Shown here in pieces: positions 43,501-53,200 of a stretch of DNA of 58,349 nucleotides. Location: positions 1 through 58,349 of the IMG/VR virus record IMGVR_UViG_3300009001_000013. The stretch is one strand, 5' to 3'. Below the pieces are notes generated by a model. It did no database searches. It worked only from the letters and a program-made list of their open reading frames with translations, and was not told where the DNA came from. The stretch comes from a virus (Duplodnaviria; Caudoviricetes). Made by a program: the position numbers and the translations under genes. Within the stretch, counting starts at the first letter, position 1; each line of letters starts with the position of its first letter.

Positions 43501-46500
43501 TGACTCAAGCTTGTTGCTAGTTAGTGCCGCACCGATATCAAGTGTGGTTGGCACTTCAGGAACAGTTACAAATGGTGTGATAGGGGTCTCTTCCCTGACA
43601 ACCTGAATGTACTGCTCTTGAGTAATCTCTTGCGCCACGTAATCCTTGAGAGCGTCAACCACCTTGGGGCTTCGCTTCTGTCTCTGGCTCTCATCTAGTT
43701 TTAGCTGTTCTCTTCTTTCGTCTAGCTCTACTTCTGTAACGCCTTCAGCAGCGAGGTATGAATCTCTACCCGGCTTGTCTTCAAGCGAGGTAAGCATAGC
43801 CTGCGCTTTGCCGTTTGCAAGACGTTCAGCGTAATCAAACGCCTCCATGTAATCATTGAGACGGATACCCGCTCCAACTTCTCCCTCACCCTTGACAAAG
43901 AAGACTACGTCTGGTTGATTCTTAAGGGGTGAGTCGGGGTCGTTCCATCCTTCGGGTGCGAATTCAGAATTAAAGTCCAGTCTAGCTACCGGCTTCCATC
44001 CGTTGCCCACGTAAATGTTTTCAAGCTTGGTTGCAAAGGCATCGTAAAACCTACCACCCTCCCTTTGTCTGATTGTTTGCAAGGGCTTGCTAACCGCACT
44101 GAGTTGAGAGTCTGGGTTCTTAAACAGTCCACCCATATATCCGTTAGCCTTTACGTAAGCGCCAGCTAAACCATCTTTGGTCATGAACAGCTTGCCGCCA
44201 TCGTCTAAAATCTGTTGGGCATCTTCGACAGTCATTGGGTCTACCTGCAAGAACATCTTCATCTTGAGCTCTCGCATTCTATCAGTAGCCTCTGCCATTG
44301 CGTTAGCATACCTAGCCGCATCAGTAACCTCCTCGACATCACGCATCCTCGCCTCCATGCCCTGAAGCTTTGGAGATGTCAAGTCCTCAAGCTCTACCAT
44401 CATGGCATTATAGCCAGCCTTGATAGCTGCCGTGCGCACATCTTCGGTAGCCGTTAGCTGTTCGCCTGCTGCCATTTGACCGGTGAGCTTCTGCATTGCA
44501 TCAACTAGGTCTTGGAACTTAGGGTCTGCATCTAATATGTCGATGTCTACGCCGGGGATTGTCTTGAGTGCTTTATTGATGAATGACTTGAGAGTGTTAA
44601 TCAACCCCTTCTTTACGGTGACGTCCACGTTACCTGCGGTCATGTCACCTAACAGCTCAACCAAAAACTCCTCAGCAATACCCTTGTTTTCTTTAATGGC
44701 CTTGCGGATATCACCAGCTTCTCCGTATTGTTTCAGGAAGTTTATATACTTAGCCCTTAGTGGTCCAGTAAGAGACGCAAAGAACGCATCCGCCATTCCT
44801 GTCACAGCTTCCTCTCCGAGAGATTCAATCACGACATCATGGAAAGCCTCATGAAAACCAGTGTTCTGTAAGATGGCAGGGGCGTAGATATGTATCTCAC
44901 CCTTAGACATCCATGTTCCCCTAGCTTCACGACCAGTGGCGGCTTTGAAAGAATCAAGCGTCTTGTGAATCGTAACACCCTTGAGCTTACCTGTCTTAGC
45001 TAAAGCTTTAACAGCCGTAACCACATTCCTTAATGATTTCTGCATCTGAGAACCACTCTTGAATGAGCCGTCGTCAAACTGGTCGATAGTTTCAAACGTG
45101 GTGCTGTTGATAGCATCAAGAACCACATCAGCATTTTCAGCTGTTACGGTTACAGAGTCAGCGTCCCCTTGGAACAGCTCACCATATCCGTTGTATCTCT
45201 TGTCAATTCTAGAGATACCTCTAAGCACTCTATTGGTTTCGCTTTCAATGTCGAGGTCATACTCAAGTCCGAACTCACCGTCAAGCCTACCTCTCTCATC
45301 AAGGAGGGCTGTCATCTCTGCCTTAAGCTTAGCCCTTGTGTCTGCATCTTGAGCCCTACTGTGCTCAATACCAAGCCTAGCAATTCGCTTCTGAATTTCT
45401 TCAATCTTCTGGAATGCTTCTGGGTTTGACTCAGCAAGACCCTCGTAGAACTTTGCTCTGCCTAGCTTTCTGTCCCAAGCCCTAGCAATGGCATCGTTCA
45501 GTTTCTTACCAATCTCTTTTCTCAGCTCCTTGGTTGGTGCATTGTCATAGTCTTCAGCAAGCTTGGTGATTACAATCCTGTCTCTGATGGAATTGGTTGC
45601 TGTTACTGCGAGAGAAGAAGCTCTTAATCCACCCGCAGCTACACCCGCAGCGCCAGCGACCCCGCCTCCAAGAACAACACCCGCAAGCCAACCCTCTTTC
45701 GTTGCGTCCCACAAGCCCTCCATGCTAAACTCCATGTTGGGGTTTACCTTGCTGTTTACGTAGTACTGCCCGGCTGCGGTAGTGCCTTCAGTTAGACCTT
45801 CTTCTACCATACCTAGACCAACACTCTTCATCAAGCCTCTCGCAAAGCTTTCTACGCCCTTGCGACTAGCGGCTCTTAATGTATTAGTAGCAATAGCAGC
45901 ACCAACAAACGCTGGCGCTCCCTCCAAGAACCCCATTACGCTGGTGTATCCAGCCTTTTCAAAGCCGTCCATATCTTGGAACCACTTCTCGTCGCGTACT
46001 TGATTGTAGGTAGACGCCATGCCCATGAATGTGGTAGCTCCAAAAGCTCCCGCATGCTGAGTCCTTTGAGCACGCTTGCCCATCTGAGCAGACACCGTGG
46101 TTCTGCCCTTTTTTAATGTTTCAAGAGTTCTGTTGGCTTCGATAAACTTTCTCTGAGCCGCAACCCTTTCGGCGCCCCTTAGTCCTTTTACAGCTTTTGC
46201 ATAGCCCATACTACGCATCGAGGCGCCCCTAGTTACGTAACCCGAAGCAATAGCAGCACCCATCATAGGCACCGACTCTCCACCAAGTCTAAGTGATTCG
46301 TCAATCCACTGGCTGATAGCTTCGTCAGCAAGCCCCACCTCACCAGTAGACAGCTCCTTTCCTACCTTGTCCATCACGTCGCCAGTCCTATCCCAGTAGC
46401 TTTGAAGTGAGAACGGAAGTCTCTTTGCCGCTTCTTCTGCAAGTCTTTTACCCTCGTCGGCTGACTCAATTAGGTATCGGGAAACCATGTTGTCATCTCC

Positions 46501-47451
46501 AGCCATTGATGCCCACATATCACCAAGCATGTACTTAGCTCCGGCAACATTCTCCTTCCAAGCCTTTGAAACAGTAGCCATGAATCCGGACGAATTGTCC
46601 TTGAGGTACTCGTAACCACCAACGTATGTGTCATTGTTCAAGTCAACCACAACTCCGAACTCATCCATGAGGTATCGCTCGTACTTGGACAGTTCTTCAG
46701 GGTTGTTCTTAACGTAATCAGGAAGCAGCTCGCGGAGCTTTGGCCCGCTCACCATGGCTGCCTGACCGCCGAGTCTTTTCATGGCCTCATTAGCCCTCTC
46801 CTCGACAGTGTATCGCTGGCTCAACACTTCACCCTCCACCTCGTCGCGGCCAAGCATGTTGTTGGTCAGGTCATCACTAGTACCTGCCAGCAAAAATCTG
46901 TTTATCTCAAAGTCTGGGTCTTCAGACTGGTAAAGTAGGTCAACAATCTCTTTCTTGGCTGCGTCTTTTTCATCTGCTGTACGAGCAGAATCATACCGCA
47001 TCATAGAGTCATTAATGAGACTGTTTCTTACAGCGCTACTCCCTTGGTCGAAGGGCGCGAGAAATACTTGGCCTGATTCGGCTACCTCTCTGTATCTGTC
47101 TACGTCAAAGTTCTCATATACGCCCTGTAAATAGGCGTTATCAAGGTCTTCTACGTAAGCATTGAGCAGGTCGGCTGTGTACTCAGGAACAACCCTGTCA
47201 CCTATCCGTGGTCTTTGAAGTAAATCCGAAACTGTAGGCTCTGGTCTTCCACCCAGAACTGTACTCGGCTCTGAACCCAACGAACCCACCTCCGAAATGG
47301 GCTGAGACGGTGAGGCTTCTTCGCCTTGTATCTGCGGCTCTGAAATTTTTTTTTTTTCGTCGTAGTACTTCGAAACTATCTGATTAATTTCAGACATACT
47401 TGCGCCCCGCTGTCGGGCTTCTTCAACTAGAGCCTTAAGTTCTGGATTCAT
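37522..47451 (-). CDS. Giant (3309 aa) internal virion/ejection polyvalent protein
   Basis: Position after nozzle and two ejected proteins; G/A-rich hydrophobic segment; HEAFH zincin motif; GNAT-like segment; helical C-terminus. Confidence 0.8.
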   Translation of the reverse strand: MNPELKALVEEARQRGASMSEINQIVSKYYDEKKKISEPQIQGEEASPSQPISEVGSLGSEPSTVLGGRPEPTVSDLLQRPRIGDRVVPEYTADLLNAYVEDLDNAYLQGVYENFDVDRYREVAESGQVFLAPFDQGSSAVRNSLINDSMMRYDSARTADEKDAAKKEIVDLLYQSEDPDFEINRFLLAGTSDDLTNNMLGRDEVEGEVLSQRYTVEERANEAMKRLGGQAAMVSGPKLRELLPDYVKNNPEELSKYERYLMDEFGVVVDLNNDTYVGGYEYLKDNSSGFMATVSKAWKENVAGAKYMLGDMWASMAGDDNMVSRYLIESADEGKRLAEEAAKRLPFSLQSYWDRTGDVMDKVGKELSTGEVGLADEAISQWIDESLRLGGESVPMMGAAIASGYVTRGASMRSMGYAKAVKGLRGAERVAAQRKFIEANRTLETLKKGRTTVSAQMGKRAQRTQHAGAFGATTFMGMASTYNQVRDEKWFQDMDGFEKAGYTSVMGFLEGAPAFVGAAIATNTLRAASRKGVESFARGLMKSVGLGMVEEGLTEGTTAAGQYYVNSKVNPNMEFSMEGLWDATKEGWLAGVVLGGGVAGAAGVAAGGLRASSLAVTATNSIRDRIVITKLAEDYDNAPTKELRKEIGKKLNDAIARAWDRKLGRAKFYEGLAESNPEAFQKIEEIQKRIARLGIEHSRAQDADTRAKLKAEMTALLDERGRLDGEFGLEYDLDIESETNRVLRGISRIDKRYNGYGELFQGDADSVTVTAENADVVLDAINSTTFETIDQFDDGSFKSGSQMQKSLRNVVTAVKALAKTGKLKGVTIHKTLDSFKAATGREARGTWMSKGEIHIYAPAILQNTGFHEAFHDVVIESLGEEAVTGMADAFFASLTGPLRAKYINFLKQYGEAGDIRKAIKENKGIAEEFLVELLGDMTAGNVDVTVKKGLINTLKSFINKALKTIPGVDIDILDADPKFQDLVDAMQKLTGQMAAGEQLTATEDVRTAAIKAGYNAMMVELEDLTSPKLQGMEARMRDVEEVTDAARYANAMAEATDRMRELKMKMFLQVDPMTVEDAQQILDDGGKLFMTKDGLAGAYVKANGYMGGLFKNPDSQLSAVSKPLQTIRQREGGRFYDAFATKLENIYVGNGWKPVARLDFNSEFAPEGWNDPDSPLKNQPDVVFFVKGEGEVGAGIRLNDYMEAFDYAERLANGKAQAMLTSLEDKPGRDSYLAAEGVTEVELDERREQLKLDESQRQKRSPKVVDALKDYVAQEITQEQYIQVVREETPITPFVTVPEVPTTLDIGAALTSNKLESGIIGLNKEIPDNYYVGLRLDIPAYDNYDVWVVSIHQGARGDERAPNLGGKSIGYGQTALATNVEFHSVAKGALNIAIEKSKTTIARMFGDWNNHNPQQLRDRAEEIMNSEEYNMSDLAIGKLEGWVQVGMNPFRHSWFYDKRDGNPIVSASEVIQIGALVLAKDVEKVSPADERFTVVNKDGTTVKFQHILPGQTVKNTEAMSTNKAQKFGRFSNKYAKDDSEFKKLMRRAVVHNQDAFELLEDRTIMTSSPDNLMVGDVYFDDELIFSGGGGVFYPVKSGNVWAFADTKEAKVVADKINAMRKASPDGKVFFTLISGTQEKLFSNTGALRASEIVLRRLVEQGVMAESVFNKLLIDTFKETFPKDRPVRIDGSRAEVAERILEYMGDVKASTFGKRKYFTDRMFVNMGVALKENQEARDAIQEMLDTDKVGKTQGGSMVKAIVARMLTEEFLQGVPPGMIYGAIEIDSDVTFVEDAEASAIFPAAVIQVDENGNKKQPKLHLFKDKVPAQDVLTTERGFDLEPFVETFSENKYKDRKNPKASAAAAWYALLGLRNQPYGMARMKGKAQNMVQEEGKAQGNLIRLVSQMIDAKYPSPIVKRDKRRKNPVTSIDESAQMDAFVRVKKEVIETLTGYGMTKEAAERLYKEAVAYKQGRTQGKREGMRVAMKHAAETRKMSTKAKNLKKSLEELRDKSETFNEFLAKAIELIDARMKENAKTPFTRGQVKLLVKYIRQAHRTSGKKIKEEGLDAMQSFIDKISVIFDQRDTKAEMQRYLDGIKHARDLQARLKRMAKVRGRGAAPKNVTTYAKIANGLAAINPSLLPQAELENFVKTLMQTISSMSKSKAVFDKEIESYIGVAFPKTDAETLRAVLSSYSAMEELGRQSLFMARAQMRAAKNKTSVQEEYDKLVKNYERSRLSSSRRAILNFIDDNPTVNHPDTGELIALDENNPAHIDIITQILAEQASTKEELQKDAIIYDVLVPRIAANIEKLLEDSQIADILGIYSVDDLDIDQLVRRLQMLKRHHIINLDYRLDDYIINDSVYGVGYMHSLVKGVIDMPSSIAKLSNSKGLRARAKVLLGPLDTVNSYLSNLIPTDRLTFAKLRVAVGLAQMTNSFAKADFMHAQIVELIEAEVNRITEEGGSVTTKMDNAIAQLYSMARQMPEFEGERGGAEAAWYIEIRNAMRRTIDYYEQQQTFSREELDEFEDAYSFLFGGGTTLPELISKVENERKDIAEYVQFMSDIHSTLMPQFRNYVERYLGKELEAEENYTAFEVIPETGVTDVDDLLRMRKSLQEQLASTSLSGAKKVAGSSFERNPRSLKGKNRIGLDFFSINERTLRDNIILSHTVGDVVAANHALNSDAMKNLIPDTSARKDLERKIMLYVQQDTGKIPPVFQPTFRVKGTRFINPLYVVRNAVVIKAFGGVFFQTLKQSTVLTSVMFQTKNPLQAIPYLVGTVYEMAAYTLKTGVRKDSKMALDDGRYKLLQNSPVFQRDYEAGNIDPYTGKISFDEPAVLKVTQKFTNWSLQNLKGTDKVAAVASWFTFYADALMSEGVIQSFDEIDWDAEAANPNATALSYADAMVSKDQAASTPREAADLYQQEKGIKSGIAYLAQNILLPFSRFAVNKKRSISSDVIRVAKGDAQAKKEGAIALVGHAAELTLFAYVNKIIIPALASLVMGDEEEEKMEPENVWRDIATQVAVDAQPLPPFGVLDNGIKSAMNRYLWYPMDVLREGDFNLGDEDGYERWVRLNKGATMYYKGAPKDATQTIFRGLGPYGDFLDDARTTIANINLPNNKVVSSTGMEYYVRPEDKDALTMHYFLKLGLMSGQLIGLSSKEVETLVKKMDDLARDRRLSSESALAGYESVAERYGLELAEGQGRERVSELVSKADNPFDKIRTTNEFKSSIKPVVAEKHMQSSYPEDYKRFMREARQLPKQLKNARDYYAYLRGKRESMETSEYKSFKLFLDTYLGLVRPSFFVEERYLESIEE

Positions 47452-47462
47452 ACTCCGTTAGT

Positions 47463-49310
47463 TTATTCAAAGACTACGAACCCATCGCCATCAATCTTAG
47501 GGTAGGTGCCTTCCATGACGTCCTCAAAGATACGAAGTCTAAGCGCAGCTCGCTCGTTGTATGGGTGGTTACCAATTGCGTTATTGAGGTTCTCAGCATA
47601 CTTCTGTCCAAACTGTGCTGTAAGCATTTGGGTGAATGCACTTTGAGCTTCAATAGACTCCTTGACCATCGGGTCTTGCGTATCCTCAATCTTATACTCG
47701 TCAAGAATTCTTCTTCTGGAGTCATACAATAGTTGAGCTCCACTTCTTTTATTCTTGGAGGGGGCTGCAACCTGAAGGATTGTAGTCTCAACCTCTTCAA
47801 ATGCCTCGGGGTCGTTCTGTCTGTTAATCTGAACAGACTTGATGGGCGTGCCGTCTAGGTCAAGTAATACCCCCTCAAGGATACCCGGACCTGTAGCCAA
47901 GTCAAACCCAACCAAATCTCCATTAGGACCGTAAATCAGATTTTCCACCTCAACCTTGATGTCCCCTGCAGGCATCGTTGTCTCATCAACTTCATTACCC
48001 TGTGCATCAGCGGCAACACGGAGAGCTCTTCCAGATATTACCATCTTATATGAGCGCCCCGGAACACTTGCCTTAATCTTGTATGCGTCTGGCATTGAGA
48101 CAATATCTCCTTCTACGTCGCCGGACTCGACAGATAACGGACCAGTAAATGGTTCGAGTGGACTGTACTGTTGCTCTGGCTCTGGCTCCTCAACCTCTGG
48201 AATCTCGGAAAGGTTCTGCCTTCTGAGTGCAGCTGTTTCTTCCTGAACCTTGATGAGGTTGTAAGCCCTTTCTGCGGATGCTTCCAAGTAAACCTTAAGA
48301 GCGTTTCTAGTGTCAGCGTATTCGCTGTCGCCCATCAGCTTACTCAATTCGTCATCGGACACATCGAACACCCACTCCCCCTCGGCATTTAGTTTACCAG
48401 ATGCCATGTTTCTTCCGTCTGGCAGCGCAGTCTCAAACATAACTTCCCCGTTGTACAGTTGAGCAGCAGCAGCTATGTCGGCCTGACTGAGCTCTGTTGA
48501 GTGAGGTCTATTGATTGCCTTGTAAGCAACGGCCTGAATCGCCTCAAGCATCTCGGGAGTTCTAATTCTCAATCTGGACTGCAAGTCTTTGCTGATGAGG
48601 CTGTATGCAGCCTCTGAATCAATCTGTCCAATCGCGTACCCCTTGTCCCTTACCTGAAGAATATCTTCTTTTCCAGACAGTAACGATTCATAGATGTCAG
48701 CACCTACGTTTTCAGGCATGTAATCTGTTCCTGCCCACAATGTCTGAGGCATGAATACCTCGTCCATGTTGCCAATGTTAGATTGTTGCCACGGCATATA
48801 GCTATCACCCACCTTAACCTCAAGGCTTTTTGTTGTTGGGTTCCACGTGTACTCAGCCTTATTGTATTCGTTATAAAGCTGGAGGTTTTCCTCTACCGTG
48901 CCGGAAAGGTTCTGGAAAGAACCACTAGCAATAGAGTTTCTGGTTTGGGTGTCCATTGCGCTTTTAGCAGAGGCTACGTTTCTGAATTGGATAAACTCAC
49001 CCTTGAGTCTTAGATACTCGTCTACATCGCTTTGGTTCTGAGTTTGATATGCACGAGTCGAGGCTTCCTGCATTTCTCTCAATAGTATCTGACCGCCATC
49101 TCTGTACTTTGCCGCTATCCCTGCTGGAACACTCTCGTCTAAGGCTTTTGTCAGGCCATATGTAGCGTTCAGCCTAGCCTTCCTTTGTTCTTGACGGTCA
49201 TAAATATCCTGAAGACTAAGGCGAATAGACTCGCCCATCTCCTTGCCTATCTGAGCGTAGCTCACGCTAGGAGCTAAGTACCCTGTCTTAAATCTAGTTC
49301 CCTCAGCCAT
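47463..49310 (-). CDS. Probable internal virion protein (615 aa)
   Basis: ATG 49310 (MAEGTRF) overlaps the upstream stop; lies between ejection-type genes. Confidence 0.65.
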   Translation of the reverse strand: MAEGTRFKTGYLAPSVSYAQIGKEMGESIRLSLQDIYDRQEQRKARLNATYGLTKALDESVPAGIAAKYRDGGQILLREMQEASTRAYQTQNQSDVDEYLRLKGEFIQFRNVASAKSAMDTQTRNSIASGSFQNLSGTVEENLQLYNEYNKAEYTWNPTTKSLEVKVGDSYMPWQQSNIGNMDEVFMPQTLWAGTDYMPENVGADIYESLLSGKEDILQVRDKGYAIGQIDSEAAYSLISKDLQSRLRIRTPEMLEAIQAVAYKAINRPHSTELSQADIAAAAQLYNGEVMFETALPDGRNMASGKLNAEGEWVFDVSDDELSKLMGDSEYADTRNALKVYLEASAERAYNLIKVQEETAALRRQNLSEIPEVEEPEPEQQYSPLEPFTGPLSVESGDVEGDIVSMPDAYKIKASVPGRSYKMVISGRALRVAADAQGNEVDETTMPAGDIKVEVENLIYGPNGDLVGFDLATGPGILEGVLLDLDGTPIKSVQINRQNDPEAFEEVETTILQVAAPSKNKRSGAQLLYDSRRRILDEYKIEDTQDPMVKESIEAQSAFTQMLTAQFGQKYAENLNNAIGNHPYNERAALRLRIFEDVMEGTYPKIDGDGFVVFE

Positions 49311-50259
49311 TGTTGTTTGCTTTTTCGAATCTTCTGACCATACTGCCAACGAACTTATGAAGCGAAGTCTTGCCCTTGCCCGCAAGCTCTCTCATTTTTC
49401 TAGCGTCCTCTGGATTAATTACATACTCACCCCCAGTCAGCGCGATACCGACCTCTCTTCCATCCTCGTCAACCACATACATCTCATTGGTATCGTGGTT
49501 AAACTCCCCCGGAGTCTTTTGGACTTTGAGTCCGTCTTCAGCATAATTGTAATCTGGCTGAAACCCTCCAGTATTTAACGGGGAATCTACCCCATCACGT
49601 AATGCACCTGTATTGGGTTTCTTTTTTCCGCCATCAGTGCCAAGATACCCCATAGACTTACCGAGTAGCGCACCAGCACCCAAAGTTGCGACACCTCCTA
49701 CGGCACCAGCAATGCCCTGACCAATTTGTTGCTTGGCCTGTGCCATCTGAGCATCTGCCAAAGCCTTTGCATCATACCCGTACTCAAGGTCTCTTGTTGA
49801 CCTAGCTTCCCTTAGCTGAATTTCTTGCTGTCTTGCTCCAGCTAAGTTAGTGAGCGCTTGAGTTTGAAGCTGCTGCTGGTTCATTGCCTCCTGACTCAGT
49901 TGAGACTGAGCTTGCTGTTGAGCTTGCATGATAGAGCCAAGACCTCTTGAGCCATATTGTTGTGCAGCTTGAGTTGTAGTAGCAAGAGACCTGTTGATGT
50001 CTTGATTTCTCATCTGAAGCAGCCTCTGGTCATACGCATTCTTCACTGCATCGTAGTACTCAGAAGGAGTAGATAAAGAGGGTTGAGACGCCTTTAGTTT
50101 TTCAAGCTCAGCATTCGCTTTTTGTTGCTCTGCTCCAGCCAGCCTCTTGGCTTTAACCCCTTGAGCAATATCCACTACACCCCCGATAGCCCCCGTGATA
50201 GAGCCTACTCCAAGTCCGAGGATATCGCCCATAAGCTGTTCTCCAATCTCTTTAGGCAT
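49303..50259 (-). CDS. Probable internal virion (pilot) protein
   Basis: Gly-rich hydrophobic ends, Q/A-rich coiled coil, PGEFNHDTN...LTGGEYVIN. Confidence 0.65.
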   Translation of the reverse strand: MPKEIGEQLMGDILGLGVGSITGAIGGVVDIAQGVKAKRLAGAEQQKANAELEKLKASQPSLSTPSEYYDAVKNAYDQRLLQMRNQDINRSLATTTQAAQQYGSRGLGSIMQAQQQAQSQLSQEAMNQQQLQTQALTNLAGARQQEIQLREARSTRDLEYGYDAKALADAQMAQAKQQIGQGIAGAVGGVATLGAGALLGKSMGYLGTDGGKKKPNTGALRDGVDSPLNTGGFQPDYNYAEDGLKVQKTPGEFNHDTNEMYVVDEDGREVGIALTGGEYVINPEDARKMRELAGKGKTSLHKFVGSMVRRFEKANNNG

Positions 50260-50261
50260 GA

Positions 50262-53200
50262 TTACTGTTGTTTAGATGTTTGCCCATCGTCATGTAAAGG
50301 TGATGGGGTATAGTTCATATTTACTGCATAAAGTTCGACATCATCTGTGCTGTCGTTTGTTAGCCTTGCTTTAGCGTAGTAGTCTCTCATGTGGTCTCCA
50401 TTAACCTCATCATTAGATACTGCGATAAGTGTTGTGCCAAACAGACCTACTCCCGAGCCATCAATCTGAATAGTCTTCCTATCCAAGACTTTGTTTATTA
50501 CCCTACCTGTAGTGGATGTTGAGTTTAAGCTAAGGATTCTAATCTCATCGCCAATACCAAATGGCAGATTGCTTATTCTGTTTTTAAACCTTACTTGATT
50601 GAGTGACGCCCCTGAAAGCTGGTCTACCTCTCCAAGAACGATAATGTTTGAGCCAGAGGAATCAGATGCTGCATCGCTAACATCCTTTGGAATAACAGTG
50701 TATCGCATACCCTCTCTGTTCTCAAACATCTCTGCCGTAATGTTGGTTGTCTGAGAAGAGTTAGAGATGGTGCCATCCCAATTACTATCACCCTCAAGCC
50801 CAATAGCGTTGTACACCTTTACTGTTGAGGGATTTTGCCTAGACACCAGCTCCACCATGGAGTCGTATTGCGTGCCATAGAAATTGTTATTCGTGTCGTT
50901 AACGTTGTGCCTGTACATCTGCCCATTCTCGAAAGAGAAGAACCTATTATGTAGGTTAGTGTACATCTCAGGGTTAAACGAGTAGAAGCTTAACCAGAAC
51001 CCCTTAGTAGTGCTGTATGCAAGGGTGTGTCCGTCATCATCAACACCGTCAGTAACTGTAATTGATACAGCTGAATCGGTTGAGTCCCCAATTTTAATAA
51101 TGCTTGAGGGGAACGAAACAGAACCATCAGCCGGGTTGATTAACGCAACGCCACGATGCTTGTTGTCCGAGGTTAGTATGTCAATTCTGGCATCAGCTGT
51201 TGTCGTTCTCTTACTGGGGTCAACAAACACCGAGCCCCGCTCTGTAAGCTTGTCAATAAACATGATGGATTCCCCCAAGGTATCCCACTCTGGCAAGTAT
51301 GATTCTGTAATGTTTGCGTCATTCCACTTGATTGGGTCTTTGTCCCAAGTCATCATATTGCTACTTCCGTAGACAGGCTTCACCTTCCCAGAAGGATTCG
51401 CTACCCTTGCATTAACCGGTGGCTTCTGCAAATCCCCAATAGCATCACCATCAACAATAATATCGTTAACGTCTTGAGCTTCTGTAGTAACGACAAGCTC
51501 ATCGTTTTCAGGGTCAATGCCGCATGGGATTCTTGGGGTTGAGTCTCTGAGCAACAGGTCAGCAAATAGACCTTCAAAGAAAGAGCTCATGTGCTTGTCG
51601 CTAATAGGTTCAATACCTTGGCTTGACAAAGCAAACACCTTACCAGCATCCATGTCGCAGAAGTAGGTTACTCCAAACCTCTCGATTACAGACTCTGGAT
51701 TAAGGCCCGGCCCAAAAGCACCGGCGAAGTACGTTTCAGTACCGAGTATGTTAGTGCTGGTAACAAGCATTCCATCACCTGCAGATTCGATTAGCTGTCT
51801 ACCAATTGGGGTGGAGCTAACCTTCTTTTCCTGTAGCGTAAAGATGCCCTCTCCCTTATCAATCAAGTAGCATACAGCACCATTCTTAGAATTGTAATCC
51901 TTATATGGGTATAGAACAGGGTTGAATGAAGACAACATCAACACGGATGAGTCGGATGCAAACGGAGCGCTGTATGTGATGGCAGTGTGCCGTCTGATTT
52001 CTTTTTGGTCTGGTGTTTCAACGAATGGTCTACCGATACTGACAGCTTTAGAATCAAAGAAGTCATTCACAGACTCATCTTCAATTACCCACTTCCTGTA
52101 CAGCTGGTTATCAGGCTCCGTCGGGTTGTATTTATACGTAATAGTTGAATCACCCGTGGGGTTGTAATCATCCTCTGGATTGCTAAGCTGTTCTCTGATA
52201 CGGAGGAATACGTCCCCAGATGTTAGTGTTACTACCCCTTTGTGTATGCTGTTTGCGCTACCTACAGTAGCGTCTAAAGTTGCGCTAACGGTACCGAACT
52301 CGCCCGGAATTTGGAACGAGGAACCTGCTATCGTGTAAGCATACTGCCCATTTTCCAAGGGCCTGATAGTGTCTACAAATACCGTCGATAGGTCAGTGTC
52401 AATCCTGTCTCCAAGGTACAGTCGTTGTGACGAGAAGAAAGTAGTTGCAGTGAGTATGGAAATGTCGAAGGTGGGTGCCACGCTGTTTGACCTGTCGCCC
52501 GCGTGAGTCCTAACGCCACCAACCTCAACAATGTCGTACTGCTTTTTTACTTCATAGTAAATGCGAGATTCCTCTGGCGTTTCTTTTCGAGGTGTGCAAA
52601 TTTCAACCAGACAGTTCTGAGCAAAAAAGTCCTTACCAAGAAGAACATCACCGCGAGAAAACCCCGGTGTGTTGTTGTCTCTTACCGTCAGGAACCATCC
52701 ACTACGTCTGTAGTTTGTTTCGTCATCTCCATCACTATTGTCGGCCAGCCTAATAGGATTCTGGTCATCGTCTTGATAGTACTTGTACGAAGTAATTGCA
52801 AACTCATGCAGTGGTCTTTGAACTACGCCGTTAGAATCTTCATACTGAAGCACCCTAAGAATGTCTCCTTCATTGAACTCATATGATATTTTAGCCCCCT
52901 TGAAATCGCGGTATGAATTTGACTTCCCTTCAAGGCCACGCATTGAGATAAAGACTTGACCGTTGATTCCACCTTCTAACCCCTGAAGAATTGGCCTAGT
53001 CTTAATTCCATCACTTGACCTGATATCAGTAAACTCTGTCTGCTTTCCTGTAGCAGCTTCATTGACTACTACTTGAAGCACCTTGTCGTATGACGTGTTC
53101 TTCGAGTAGACAGGAGCCCATTTCTTAGCCCAATACGGCGGCTCATGAATCAATCTAAAATCAATCTCTGTTTTACCGTTGTTATTTCCCGGCCTGCTTT

